Shown: positions 33,201-43,691 of the stretch, in pieces
Numbering within the stretch: the stretch's first letter is position 1
Layout: every line of letters starts with the position of its first letter
Assembly (NCBI RefSeq): GCF_001194135.2
Contig: NC_068982.1
Coordinates: 108,747,953 to 108,793,879 of the forward strand
DNA: 45,927 nt
Source of the DNA: Octopus bimaculoides
Taxonomy: Eukaryota
Direction: 5' to 3'
Notes under the pieces: model-generated
Databases searched by the model: none
What the model was told of the DNA's origin: nothing
Seen by the model: only the letters and a program-made list of their open reading frames with translations
Translations under genes and position numbers: made by a program

Positions 33201-36200
33201 TGGTCATAGCCCAATGAGTGACATAAGTAAAAGATAAATGTATATAAAAACATACACACACATGGGCCTCTTTCAGTTTCCATCTACCAAATCCACGCAC
33301 AAGGCTTAGCTTATGGTTAAAATAGAAGACTTTCCCTAAGTGCAACACAGTGAGACTGAACCCAAAACCATATGCTTGGAAATTGGAAGACAGTGATGGC
33401 AGTGAGAGCCTGTCACTAGGATAATTCCTGTTCTTGGGTGATAAACTTCATCTGTCACCCCGTTTAACATCACCATCTAATTCTTGGGTGCCTTTAGCCA
33501 GGTCCAATCTCTTGCAAACCTTTTGAAAATGTCTCTAGTCTGAAGATAACTTCCTTCCTTACACCAGTCACAGAGGCCCTCTGCAAAAGGTCATGGCCAA
33601 TCACCTTCCTTCATCAAAAAAGAATATGCTATTCTCGATTATCCATGGCAGTTGTTAAGAAATAATCTTTTGGACAAACCTTTCAATGGCTCTTTGAACC
33701 CCTTCCACTTCAATAGCATCTGTTGTCTCTCTCATGCCAGCAGTATCACAGAATAATACTGGATAACCTCCAATGTTATGAAAAGAATCTATTACATCAC
33801 GAGTGGTGCCTGCTACAGGAGACACAATGGCTGCAGGTCGTCGACCTGGCAATGTGAAAGAAATTTCAATCAAACAACAAGCATTTACTGATGAAAGGTA
33901 CTATATTTTTAGCAGGTCAAATTTATTATACATAGTGGAATGACGAGGACTTCAAATTTTGCTTGTAGCAGCTTGCTGAGCCAGTTTGGTTGAATAAGTT
34001 TTGTCTCTCTTTAAAGTACACACACACACACACACACACTCATTCTCTCTCTCTCTCACACACACACTCGCTCTCTCTCTATCTCTCTCACACACTCTCT
34101 CTCTCTCTCTCACACACACTCACTATCTCTCTCTCTCACACACACTCACTATCTCTCTCTCTCACACACACACATTTTTACTGAGTCTGGAGAACGGGGC
34201 AGTGAAGGTGATGCTGTAATATTCATTGAAACTGTTGCATGCTAACATCTGCAGGAAAGACACAAGCAAGGCAAAGATTCCAGAGGGTTGACGTTCTGGG
34301 GAGGAAAAATTGAGAATAGGAGTTATTGTAGGGCTGAAGAAATTGGATCCATTGACTAATACAGTGATATATATTATATTCAATTAAATAATACTCGCTT
34401 TTGGGAGAATATAATGAACTGATAAGGAGTAGCAGGTTTATACTTGGGGAGATCCTAAACTATATATAACTTGGAGACTTCCTTGATAAAAATTATTTTG
34501 TCAATCCCAGTGGATTGTCAGGTCCTTAACTGTAACTTGTTTAGCTTATGTCTAAATCTGACACTACATCCCTATCATTTCTCAACCAGCTAGAAATAGC
34601 AGCCAAATTTCCCTCAGATTACATTCTTCTATCTAAAACGACACATTCGATAATGTAATCTTAGTCATACCCTTAAAAAGGCAGAGAGAGATCACAGGAG
34701 GACCGTCTTTGATTATAGGTTTGCTAAATGAGAGTTGACCTAGGAGTTAAACAACAACAACTATGAAATATCACAAAGTACTCACATATACAATTAAGTA
34801 AACTGCTTTTTCCAACATTAGTTTCTCCCAAAAGAGTAACTTGAATTCCATTTCGAAGAAGCTCTCCACGCCGACTGTCCTTTAAATGTTCTTTGATTTC
34901 AAAAATAACTTGTTTGATTTTTTCTTCAGCTGAAATTTTATAAATACACAAATATTTTTTTAAAAAGAAGACTTAATCAAATTAATATACACATGAATGC
35001 ATACATGATATTGATTATATTTTATTTATTTAATTATTTATAATCAATATATACACGAATGCATACAATCTTACTGCATATGTTGTTTTGGTTATGATAG
35101 TTTACAATCTAAACATACTGAAATTTTAAATTTCAACTTTCTCCCAGACTTTCTTGGACTTAATTTTTATTTTTAAACATCTTATGATCATTGCCACTTT
35201 GTTGGATCAAACATTTTTCATTGTAAATATCAACAATTTCTCTACAACATTTATTCTACGAGTCCTCTATATTTACTATTAATATCAATGCTTTAACTAC
35301 AACACTGAGAAACATTTGGAAAGATATCAAAGATCTTGTTGCTCTCAAGAATATTCTGGATATAATGCATCATCATCATTATCATCACTGTCAATAGCAG
35401 CTTAAAAATCAAAATTTTCGTTTTTTATCTGTACTGAGTAAGCATAAACAATGATTAGAGATGTGAGACCAAAACTACAACTGAAATGTTGGTAAAGATT
35501 TGCTCACCTTCTTGAAGTACATAATCTTCAATATTATCATCTTCACTAAAGTCTATGTAAGCCTCAACATTAGCAGCACACTAAAGAAAGAAATAAAATG
35601 GAGTTGTAGAGAAAAACAAAAGCTCTAAAAATTAATCTGTAGATTGAACAGATTCTTAAACATTTAAAAAAAGTTCTTTTAATAGTCAGCTGTTCTATGA
35701 ATATTAAATATTCTTTACTTGTAGTCAGTAGGATAGTTCTTTGAGTACAAGGACTTTAAATATTACAAAAGAGGCTACAAATTTTTGGTAAGATTTACCA
35801 AGAATTTACCTTTAAGAGAACTGATTTCCAGTCTTGATATAATTGACTTAATTGTCCCTCCATCTGCAGTAATGCCTGTTGGTGCTGCACTTCCGTTTCA
35901 GCATGCAGTAAATCTGACAATCCCTCAACTTCTGTCAGGTCAAGTTTACCATTTAAAAAAGCTCTGTATAATTAGACAATAGAAAACAACAATTAGCAAA
36001 ATTATTTTCTTCTCCATACATGCTAATTAGGAAACTATTCTTAATTTTCATAAAATCAAATAAACAGATATCAGATTTTAACAGAGAAGAATTTGTTAAC
36101 ATCAGGTTAATGTGACTACTTTACTTTCAATATATTGTCAGCAGTGGTGATGGCGGTAGCATCATCATCATCATCATCATCAACTTTTTACCTCTACTTT

Positions 36201-39200
36201 TCCATAGACCAGATGTTGGGGCTGAGTTTTCAATGGCTGGATGCACTCCTTTACTTGCAGCCTGAAGGTGTTTATGTTCAGAACTGGAAACAAAGGACAC
36301 CATATGGTTGAGCCTTTTGTTTACAAAGATTGCATCTTTGTGTGTGGTAGAATGTACAGGAAATAGGATCCCTATGGATATTTTCTCAAATGGAGGTAGC
36401 TCTGAAAGCGTAGTAGCTAGAATAAGAACAGGCTGGGCAAAGATCTGAGAGCTACCTTCGTTGGTAACAAAGGGACTTTCCCTCAGAGTGAAATGCAGAC
36501 TGTATGGTGCCTGTGTATGAGCAGCTACACTACATGGCAGCAAAACATGGGGTGTGGCTGAGAGGAAATGTAAAGGCTTGAAAGAAATTAAGTTGGCATG
36601 CTCCATTGGAAAGAGGTTGGCATTAAGAAGGGCATCCATGTGTAGAAATCATACCAAAACAAACAGCAGAGTGTAGTGCAGTCTTCTGACTTACCAATTC
36701 CTATCAAATCATCCTACCCATGCCAGCATGGAATGTGGATACTAAATGACGACGATGATGATGATGATATTATCTATTTTATTTTTTATTGGCTATTTTA
36801 TTTGCCCCTTTAATGTCCACATTTCCTTGCTGACCAGAAGTTATTTGAGGTGGCCTGTTACAGTCCTTCCAGTTGTCAACCAAATTACCTGTTTTTTAAA
36901 TATAAGATTTTTAAAATTCTAGTGGTCTTCAAAAACGTCAACAAGGAATGTAAACATCATATCATCATTTTGCTCAGATGGGGACAAGTGAAGCAGTGGA
37001 ATATCAACATTTGTGAATGTACACATGCACACATACACACACACATACATACATACAATGGACTTCCATACAGTCTTCCCACTCCTCATAGGACTATAAT
37101 AGTAGACACTAGTTAGTCATCTGCAATTACTCTCTCTTCTATCTACTCTGTTAGTCATGTTGATGAGTGAAAACAACAGAGAGCAGTGAGGGATTTCTTT
37201 AGTCTTGCCAGGTACAAAGGTAACCTTGCTAATACTGTATTCCAGTAAAGTAATTAGCAATTGGGTAGAGGCAGTGTAGAGTCAAGAGGATGCTTAAGTG
37301 TAATCTTGTTGAAGACATGACAACTTCTCTGGTGATGATGCTATGATAAAATTCACTCTGTATACTCTGTAAATTGGCATCAACTGTAGAAACCATATAA
37401 AAATATGATATATAAATGAAACTTGGTCCCTCAAATATGTATAGAACAGTAAATCTGAATGACACTTGATTTTAATTGTGATGACCTGTCCAAACCATAC
37501 TAGCATGAAAAATAGAGGTAAAATGATAATGATATTGATAATGAATATAAATGTAAATACTAAAACATTTTTCAGCTCTAAAAGTGAGATTAATAGTCAA
37601 AACCTATTATTGAAATAGTAATAACTAACTCATCCAAGATATTTAAACATTCACTCAACTACATATAATATTTGGTGTCCTAATTAGACAATTTGTAAAT
37701 TTATATATCACATATAAAATGAAACCATTTCATATACATTTAGATTCTAAGTTATTACTTACCGTTTAGTAAATTCACCAGCCTCGGCAGGCCTTAAACC
37801 AGGAACTTTAGCCAATGATGAAAGCAATGCTTGGATTACAGCAGGTCCGCCATGAATGTGAAATTCTGCAGAGTCTTCTCCGGTAAAACTTTTTGGTTCT
37901 AATTTCACAAAAAATATTCATATTTCATAGTACATAGTAAAACAAATGTATTATTTTATAATACCTACATTATATGTTTATATTCTGCTATGTTTATATT
38001 GAGCTGGAATTGTGGACATAAAACTTCAGTTAACAGGTAGAATTTTAAAAGTTTGTTCATTAATATTCTTTTAATTGTTTATTTTTCACTCTTGAAAATG
38101 TTTTGCATTGCTTTGCTATTGTGAAATTCAGCACATCTACAAAGTCAGTCCTTTTGGGTGAACAGTTGACAAAAATAATATTGAATGGAGAGTTTTGGCT
38201 AATCCACACTTGCATTGGAAAACTTTCTGGCTTCAGGTCAGCCTGAGTAAGCAGCCCCACGATCTTTTTTTTTTTTTTTTTTTTTTCAGGTACAGGTGGA
38301 AATTCCAGGTCACACTATCTAATGTCTTATTTCCATTTTTTAAAGACAGTAGGGTATATTTTGAGGAGACTTGGTTGCTATTTCTAACATATCAAGCAAC
38401 TATAGAGAGACTCCATTGAATTCATAACGATAATGAAGTGCCTCTGATTTCATTATCATCATTATGCCATCAATCAATAACAAAAAAATAAAACAAGCAA
38501 TTCCATAATCTAGGCGCAGGAGTGGCTGTTTGGTAAGTAGCTTGCTTACCAACCACATGGTTCTGGGTTCATTCCCACTGCGTGGCACCTTGGGCAAGTG
38601 TCTTCTACTATAGCCTCAGGCCGACCAAAGCCTTGTGAGTGGATTTGGTAGACGGAAACTGAAAGAAGCCGTTTGTGTGTCTGTGTTTGTACCCCCCACC
38701 CAACATCGCTTGACAACCGATGCTGGTGTGTTTACGTCCCCATAACTTAGCGGTTCGGCAAAAGAGACCGATAGAATAAGTACTAGGCTTCTAAAGAATA
38801 AGTCCTGGGGTCGATTTGCTCGACTAAAGGTGGTGCTCCAGCATGGCCGCAGTCAAATGACTGAAACAAGCAAAAGAGTAAAGAGTAAAAGAGAGTAATC
38901 TTCCAAGTTACATATACGACTGAATGAGATGTGGAGAGGAATTCTGATCCAACCCTATGTCAAGGCTAATCGAGCGATCTATAATCAAAGACAATCTGGT
39001 AACCATCTCGCTTTTTTTAAGGGTATGTAGGACATAATAATGTTCTAGCCGTGGCCATCTGGTTAAAGATATTGTTTAATGTATATACAATTTATATAAA
39101 AATATCTGTTATTATAGTGATTTTTTTAATAACTATGCTCATATTGTCATTTACATTTGGAATTTTCGTTCTATTTTTGAATACTTTCGGCGTGTTAGTA

Positions 39201-39644
39201 TATTAGGAAACAACCCCTACTAACTATAAAGTTGTGTAAGTTACGTAAAAGATAAAGTAAAACAAAAGCATTATAGAATGTCAACAACTCACTTGGAAAC
39301 CAAAGAAGAATTCCACGGTCGATTGGATTACGAGTGTAGGGATCAAATATTTTAGTAACAGAGGCACGTCTCGGCAAAGGTAGTCGATTTGTAAGGAGCT
39401 GCACAGCAAGTTCAGTGTTCGGGCCTGAAACTCTGACCACGGCAATAGCGCACTTGCCGGCTCCCGATGAGAGAGAAAATATGGTTTTATCACTTTGTTT
39501 CGATACATAATGATCATCTAATGGAAAACTGCTTTTAGAGTAATAAACATACTGATGGAAGAGTTTTAAATTGCTTAGAGAGAGACTAACTGAAGAAACT
39601 ATTCTATATCGACCTCCAAGAGAACTGCAAAGCTTCTTCCACAT
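28096..39644 (-). CDS. GTPBP3: Mitochondrial tRNA modification GTPase (GTPBP3/MnmE/TrmE/MSS1), 8 coding exons: join(39644-39293,37898-37763,35963-35810,35580-35508,34929-34786,33845-33680,30673-30296,28327-28096), 1635 nt, 544 aa
   Basis: Spliced translation has the MnmE hallmarks: [63 protein letters not shown]1 GETNVGKS, G2 GTTRD, G3 DTAG, G4 NKSD and C-terminal FCIGK*. The N-terminus is basic/Ser-rich and presequence-like. All seven introns are GT-AG with consistent phases (1,2,0,1,1,2,2). Confidence 0.96.
28599..28811. mobile_element. Degenerate piggyBac-type MITE in GTPBP3 intron 7
   Basis: TTAA CCGCTTTGATACC ... GGTAACAGAAGGG TTAC. Confidence 0.55.
29507..29892 (+). mobile_element. 5'-truncated LINE 3' end (RTE-like) encoding three C2H2 zinc fingers, embedded in (AT)n, GTPBP3 intron 7
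   Basis: One frame: [23 protein letters not shown]...[24 protein letters not shown]...[23 protein letters not shown] (stop 29831-29833), then a short tail ending in (AT)n; long non-TGEKP linkers. Confidence 0.65.
30296..30673 (-). CDS. GTPBP3: GTPBP3 exon 7 ([14 protein letters not shown]...VVFNKSD...LSCLNKDG...KVKE-R)
   Basis: Acceptor atttgcag|A, donor AG|GTAACT; 378 nt; G4 NKSD and G5-like SCL. Confidence 0.93.
31528..32070. mobile_element. Non-autonomous DNA transposon (MITE) with 29-bp TIRs and 8-bp TSD CAAGGTTG; possibly Merlin-like; contains an N gap
   Basis: TSD at 31520-31527 and 32071-32078; TIR GGATCTTT(T/G)GGGTTTGACGGGCAACATTT; shared subterminal CGAAACACTTTCAAACTT; Ns at about 31935-31989. 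Confidence 0.85.
32132..32283. repeat. Foldback element with 56-bp perfect arms (32144-32199 / 32216-32271) and 16-nt loop
   Basis: Arms checked base by base as exact reverse complements; imperfect extension AATTCTCAAA/TTTGAGAATT. Confidence 0.95.
32868..33390. mobile_element. Inverted pair of older family A SINEs (+ about 32868-33240; - partial about 33244-33390)
   Basis: GGCACCTTGAACAAGTGTCTTCTACTATAG..AAACTGAGAGAAGCC on +, and CTCTTTCAGTTTCCATCTACCAAATCCAC (reverse copy) right after. Other degenerate copies at about 13335-13520, 14385-14560, 26590-26910 and 45535-45780. Confidence 0.7.
33680..33845 (-). CDS. GTPBP3: GTPBP3 exon 6 ([18 protein letters not shown]...DTAGMRE...RAIE-R)
   Basis: Acceptor ttgccag|GT, donor AG|GTTTGT; 166 nt; G2 GTTRD and G3 DTAG. 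Confidence 0.95.
34018..34175. repeat. Compound (CA)n/(CT)n microsatellite; other SSRs at 291-330, 10387-10408, 26777-26843, 29471-29502, 30180-30257, 40788-40875 and 45876-45927
   Basis: Directly visible dinucleotide runs. Confidence 0.95.
34786..34929 (-). CDS. GTPBP3: GTPBP3 exon 5 (AEEKIK...[29 protein letters not shown])
   Basis: Acceptor atttcag|CT, donor T|GTGAGT; 144 nt; P-loop with the GxxNxGKS Asn of K+-dependent GTPases. Confidence 0.95.
35508..35580 (-). CDS. GTPBP3: GTPBP3 exon 4 ([24 protein letters not shown])
   Basis: Acceptor ctttctttag|TGT, donor G|GTGAGC; 73 nt; EAYIDFxEDD motif. Confidence 0.95.
35810..35963 (-). CDS. GTPBP3: GTPBP3 exon 3 ([36 protein letters not shown]...VLLK)
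   Basis: Acceptor atacag|A, donor AAG|GTAAAT; 154 nt. Confidence 0.95.
36160..36770 (+). mobile_element. RTE-clade fragment with (GAT)n tail (36330-36770 +), preceded by an inverted tail remnant (36160-36260 -), GTPBP3 intron 2
   Basis: [37 protein letters not shown] matches the 24622 element; tail CATGCCAGCATGG..GATGATGAT. Confidence 0.75.
37763..37898 (-). CDS. GTPBP3: GTPBP3 exon 2 ([20 protein letters not shown]...EAGEFTK-R)
   Basis: Acceptor aattag|AA, donor CG|GTAAGT; 136 nt; SFTGED and HGG motifs. Confidence 0.95.
38512..38895 (+). mobile_element. SINE family A copy in GTPBP3 intron 1, 6-bp TSD TAATCT
   Basis: TAATCT at 38506-38511 and 38896-38901. Confidence 0.9.
39293..39644 (-). 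CDS. GTPBP3: GTPBP3 coding exon 1 (MWKKLCSS...GILLWFP)
   Basis: ORF 39195..39644; donor A|GTGAGT at 39292; 352 nt; presequence-like first ~40 aa then the MnmE N-terminal domain. Confidence 0.92.
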
Positions 39645-40022
39645 TTTAATTTGTTATTATGACTTACCTCCCTTACTACATTACCTCCACTTGGCAGATT
39701 AATTCTTGGAGATAAGAGAATCAGTCAACAAACCAAGAGAGTGAATATTATTCGCAGTTATTTCTTCGTAGTACATAAAAATAAATATAGGCTTGTGCTG
39801 GTATCGATTCCATTGACTGTAATTTCACATAGAAGATTGCTCCAAATAAACAAATCCGTGTTTCTTTATCAGAATAAACAGATTTCCACAAAGAAAGGAA
39901 CGTTAGATAAAAGTTCCAAATACAAAATTTAAGTATCTCTCGTAAAACAAAACTGTATTTGAAATCTGAATTCAAAATGAAAACTTTAGAAGCTAACAAT
40001 ATTTATTGTCTAGTTCTTCACT

Positions 40023-40389
40023 TGTTGTTGGCGCTCCGTCGCTTACGACGTCGAGGGTTCCAGTTGATCCGATCAACGGAACAGCCTGCTCGTGAAAGTA
40101 GCTGAGCACTCCACAGACACGTGTACCCTTAACGTAGTTCTCAGGGATATTCAGCGTGACACAGTGTGACAAGGCTGACCCTTTGAACCACAGGCACAAC
40201 AGAAACAGGAAGTAAGAGTGAGAGAAAGTTGTGGTGAAAGAGTACAGCAGGGTTCGCCACAATCCCCTACCGGAGCCTCGTGGAGCTTTAGGTGTTTTCG
40301 CTCAATAAACACACACAACGCCCGGTCTGGGAATCGAAACCGCGATCCTATGACCGCGAGTCCGTTGCCCTAACCACTGGGCCATTGCG
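40023..40389 (-). mobile_element. SINE family B copy upstream of GTPBP3, 11-bp TSD AGTTCTTCACT
   Basis: TSD at 40012-40022 and 40390-40400; highly similar to 22968-23338; CpGs retained. Confidence 0.9.
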
Positions 40390-40439
40390 AGTTCTTCACT
40401 AAACCCGTATGAATATACAAAACAAATAAATTTTCTCGT

Positions 40440-40785
40440 TTGTTTTAATAATTTAGTCAAAGGATAGGGGAGTACTCGTGATCTTTGTTACCTTTCTTGG
40501 GTAAATGGGATCAATGCGATGAACACTCAGTTTGAACTTGAGTAGGATTCCAGGGGCTACATTTCTGCAGAGAAAAGACTAGTCAGAGTATAGTGTATGA
40601 GTTGGTGGGACGTGTAAGATTCAATGGGGTGTGGTGGGGATGAATCAAGGACACTGAGTACTGGTGAAAGTGATCTGTAGCTACAGATCCTACATTCTTC
40701 ATATGAGAGAAAGTAATAGATTTTGTATAGTCCCTTTTCTTAAAACTGGAAGTTTCAACTAAATTTGCCAGCCTTGTAGAACTGC

Positions 40786-40851
<66 letters not shown>

Positions 40852-41610
40852 CAGACAGACAGACAGACAGACAGACTGAAACACAGTTTCCATTAATGTT
40901 GGAAGGGAGATTAATAGAGACCAACAAGCAGAGTCAGGGAAGTTGCTATTCTTTAAAATGGGACATACCAACATGTTTTTGTAACTTGTGATATAACCTT
41001 GTAGAAAGTTATTTTGATAAGAATAGAAACTTACTCAAGAAGGTTTAAGGGTGATGGTAGCTACAGTACACCATTAGGACCAGTTATCTTCCAATGATTG
41101 GAAAACTGTGAATATATGATAATGGGATAGACAAAAAACAGCCAAGTTCCAATGTGTGGTTGTACAGTGTACATTGTAAATTAAGTGGACAACAAATGTG
41201 GTTTTTCAGCAGGATTACTACTAAAAAGAATATCTTAATTTGGTGGTATTTAATAAGAGGATTCATTCAGTGGAGACACTCATGAACGCAACCTCTGCTT
41301 TCCTAAAGTTCTACAAGCTTTGTGGTGGTGAAGGAATGAATTCCACGAACTACTTAGGGATTATGGGCTTCAGTAGTGTGAGGGCACAAAGAATAGTATG
41401 GTTTACCTTATAGTCTTGGATAGTTAAGAACTGGACCATTGACTTGATGTTTAGTAAAAAATGTAAGGAACATTATCTAAATGCTGCTGAAAAGAAAAAT
41501 CTTGTTTTGGAATACCAACAAAAGGATTCATTTTAAGAGCCTTCATTTCAACAGATAAACACTACATTCTTCATACGAGAGAAAGTAATAGATTTTGTAT
41601 AGTTTAATTT
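40440..41610 (-). mobile_element. Highly degraded LINE remnants, including a 41-bp segment duplicated at about 40691-40731 and 41562-41602
   Basis: CTACATTCTTCATA(T/C)GAGAGAAAGTAATAGATTTTGTATAGT occurs twice; only weak CR1-like translation. Confidence 0.35.
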
Positions 41611-41650
41611 GGCTGAATGTGTTTGTTGTCAATTACAAAACTCACTAGTA

Positions 41651-42897
41651 CATGGGTTGGTTGAAAAGTTCATAAGCTGATCAAGATACTTTCATGGTAT
41701 ATGATCAAATGAGGTTTATTTTTCAACATAGTCCTCCTTGCAGTCCACACACTCCTTCAATTGATTTTTGCACTGCTTGGGTCTGATTAGTGAAGAAGCT
41801 TTCATCTTGGTATCAAAAACGTCATCAAGAGCAGATATGATGTCATCATCACTGTGATACTGGTTCCCAGCCAAGTGTTTTTTCATGTTGGGGAACAGTT
41901 AACAGTCAGATGGAGCCAAATCAGGAGCATAGGGAAGGTGATCAACAAGTTCAAAGCCACAGTCACACACAGCAGCCATTGAAACAAAGGATTTGTGTGC
42001 TGGAGCATTGTACTGATGAAACAAGACCTTCTTTTGTTAGTTTTCCTGTGTTTGACCTTGACAGACTTCTGTAATTACCTCAGCAAACTGTCATAATACT
42101 TTCCATTGATGGTGGCCCTTTTGAAGGTAATCAATCAACACAATGCCTTTTACATCCAAAAAACTGAGGCCATCTCCTTCCCTTCAGATGAAACAACCTT
42201 GGCCTCCTATGTGGCAAGTGAGTAGGGGTGTTTTCACTACTTTAATTATCTCTTTGTCTCTGGCTCAAAGTGATGAACCCAGCACTTACCCTTGGTTAGG
42301 AGACATTCAAAGAAGCCAGTTGCTTATGCCTCAAACAATGTCAGATTTTCCCATGATGTGATCAGCATGGTGTGTTTTTGATCAGGTGTCAGATGTGACA
42401 CTCACCAAGCAGAAATCTTCGTCATGTCAAGTTTATTGAGCAGAATATTAACTATCTCAGGGGGTATGCTAATAGCAGTAGCTATTTCATTTATAGTAAA
42501 TCACCTGTCAACCATAACTATGGGGTGAACATGATCAATGTTTTCCTCGGTGGTGGTAGTTGCAGGACGTCCAGACCTTGGGTTATATGCAAGACTCCTT
42601 TCCCTCTAAAATTCAGCTGCTCACTTTTGCAATGTTGATAAAGCTGGAGCATCATCCCCTAATGTAGCATGAATGTCCTTGGGAGTTAAACCTTTTCCTG
42701 CAGGTATTTGATAACACCACAATGCCAAATTTTGTCTATTTTCAAGAGAAGTCACTACTTTTTGAAGTCCTCTTTGAAAAGTGAGACATCAGTTTGCTTG
42801 GAAGGAAACAATGCAGTTATTAACAAGGAGAGTTGAAATTAATGCATCTAACATCACTCCTTCATGGTCAACCTATGAACCTTTTAGTCCACCCTCA
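41651..42897 (-). mobile_element. Degenerate full-length Tc1/mariner element (~1.25 kb)
   Basis: TA on both flanks; imperfect TIRs (CATGGGTTGGTTGAAAAGTTCATAAGCTGA vs reverse complement TGAGGGTGGACTAAAAGGTTCATAGGTTGA); broken transposase with FHQYNAPAH (HDNAxxH-like) and DLAPSD..FPNMKKHLAG. Confidence 0.85.
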
Positions 42898-43298
42898 TAA
42901 TGGTCTATTTCAATCGTATTGTCAAGTGTTTCACCAATTTGTATTATGCTAAAACATTACATCATATATACATGTCATACTTTCTTAAAGACAGAAATTT
43001 AAACTGGATATTCCAATTTTGAAGAACTGCTGATGAGCAGACAGACTGAGAGAAAGATAAGTGAAAGACAAGTGTCCTCTGAAAATTACTATTTTTAAAT
43101 CTCACAACGTGAGATATTCAGCAAAAGTACTTTGTAGTAAAGATTGTTTGTCAACATAACATGATAGTCTTGGTTTAGCACGAATGTTGCTGTAATTTAG
43201 CCCCAGGAGACATGGTCTCCAGCTGGCTATACAACATGATCTGTGTCCTTATATTTTCAAACAAGGGAATCTAGCACCCCCACTCAGCTCAAAATAAT

Positions 43299-43345
43299 AT
43301 CTGTGTATAACGATTTCTGGGTTATTTCCCTTCATCAGCACAGAT
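43299..43345 (-). ncRNA. Type I hammerhead ribozyme fold (copy 1)
   Basis: ATCTGTG-CTGATGA-A-GGG-AAATAA-CCC-A-GAAA-TCGTTA-TA-CACAGAT: perfect 7-bp stem I, intact CUGAUGA/GAAA core, 3-bp stem II, minimal stem III, AUA cleavage triplet. Non-canonical A.A at 10.1/11.1. Confidence 0.7.
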
Positions 43346-43646
43346 GTTTGACTAGAGGTGGCACTGCCAAATTCCCATTCAAAATATATAGTTTTCGAAG
43401 TGACAACTAGTCACTGATTTATAAATTGGAAAATTACTATTTTTAAATCTCAAAACATGAGATATTCAGCAACAGTACTTTGTAGTAAAGATTGTTTGCT
43501 AACATAACATGGTAGTCCTGGTTTAGGACTAATGTTGCTGTAATTTAGCAGGAGACATCATCTCCAACTGGCTATACAACACGATCTGTGTCCTTATATT
43601 TTCGAACAAGGGAATCTAGAACCCCCACTCAGCTCAAAACAATTAT

Positions 43647-43691
43647 TCTGTGCCGATGAAGGGAAATAACCCAGAAATCATGATACACAGA
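43647..43691 (+). ncRNA. Type I hammerhead ribozyme fold (copy 2, inverted duplicate, U4C core variant)
   Basis: TCTGTG-CCGATGA-A-GGG-AAATAA-CCC-A-GAAA-TCATGA-TA-CACAGA; stem III region ATCATGAT (43677-43684) is a perfect palindrome. Confidence 0.62.

Noticed and set aside
39799-39808. DRE-like TATCGAT(T) as a GTPBP3 promoter element
   Set aside because: Single imperfect 8-mer in AT-rich DNA, expected by chance.
43026-43056. CTGATGAG...GAGAAA as a further hammerhead
   Set aside because: Stem II does not close next to GAAA (extra AGA), and there is no stem III, NUH site or stem I partner.
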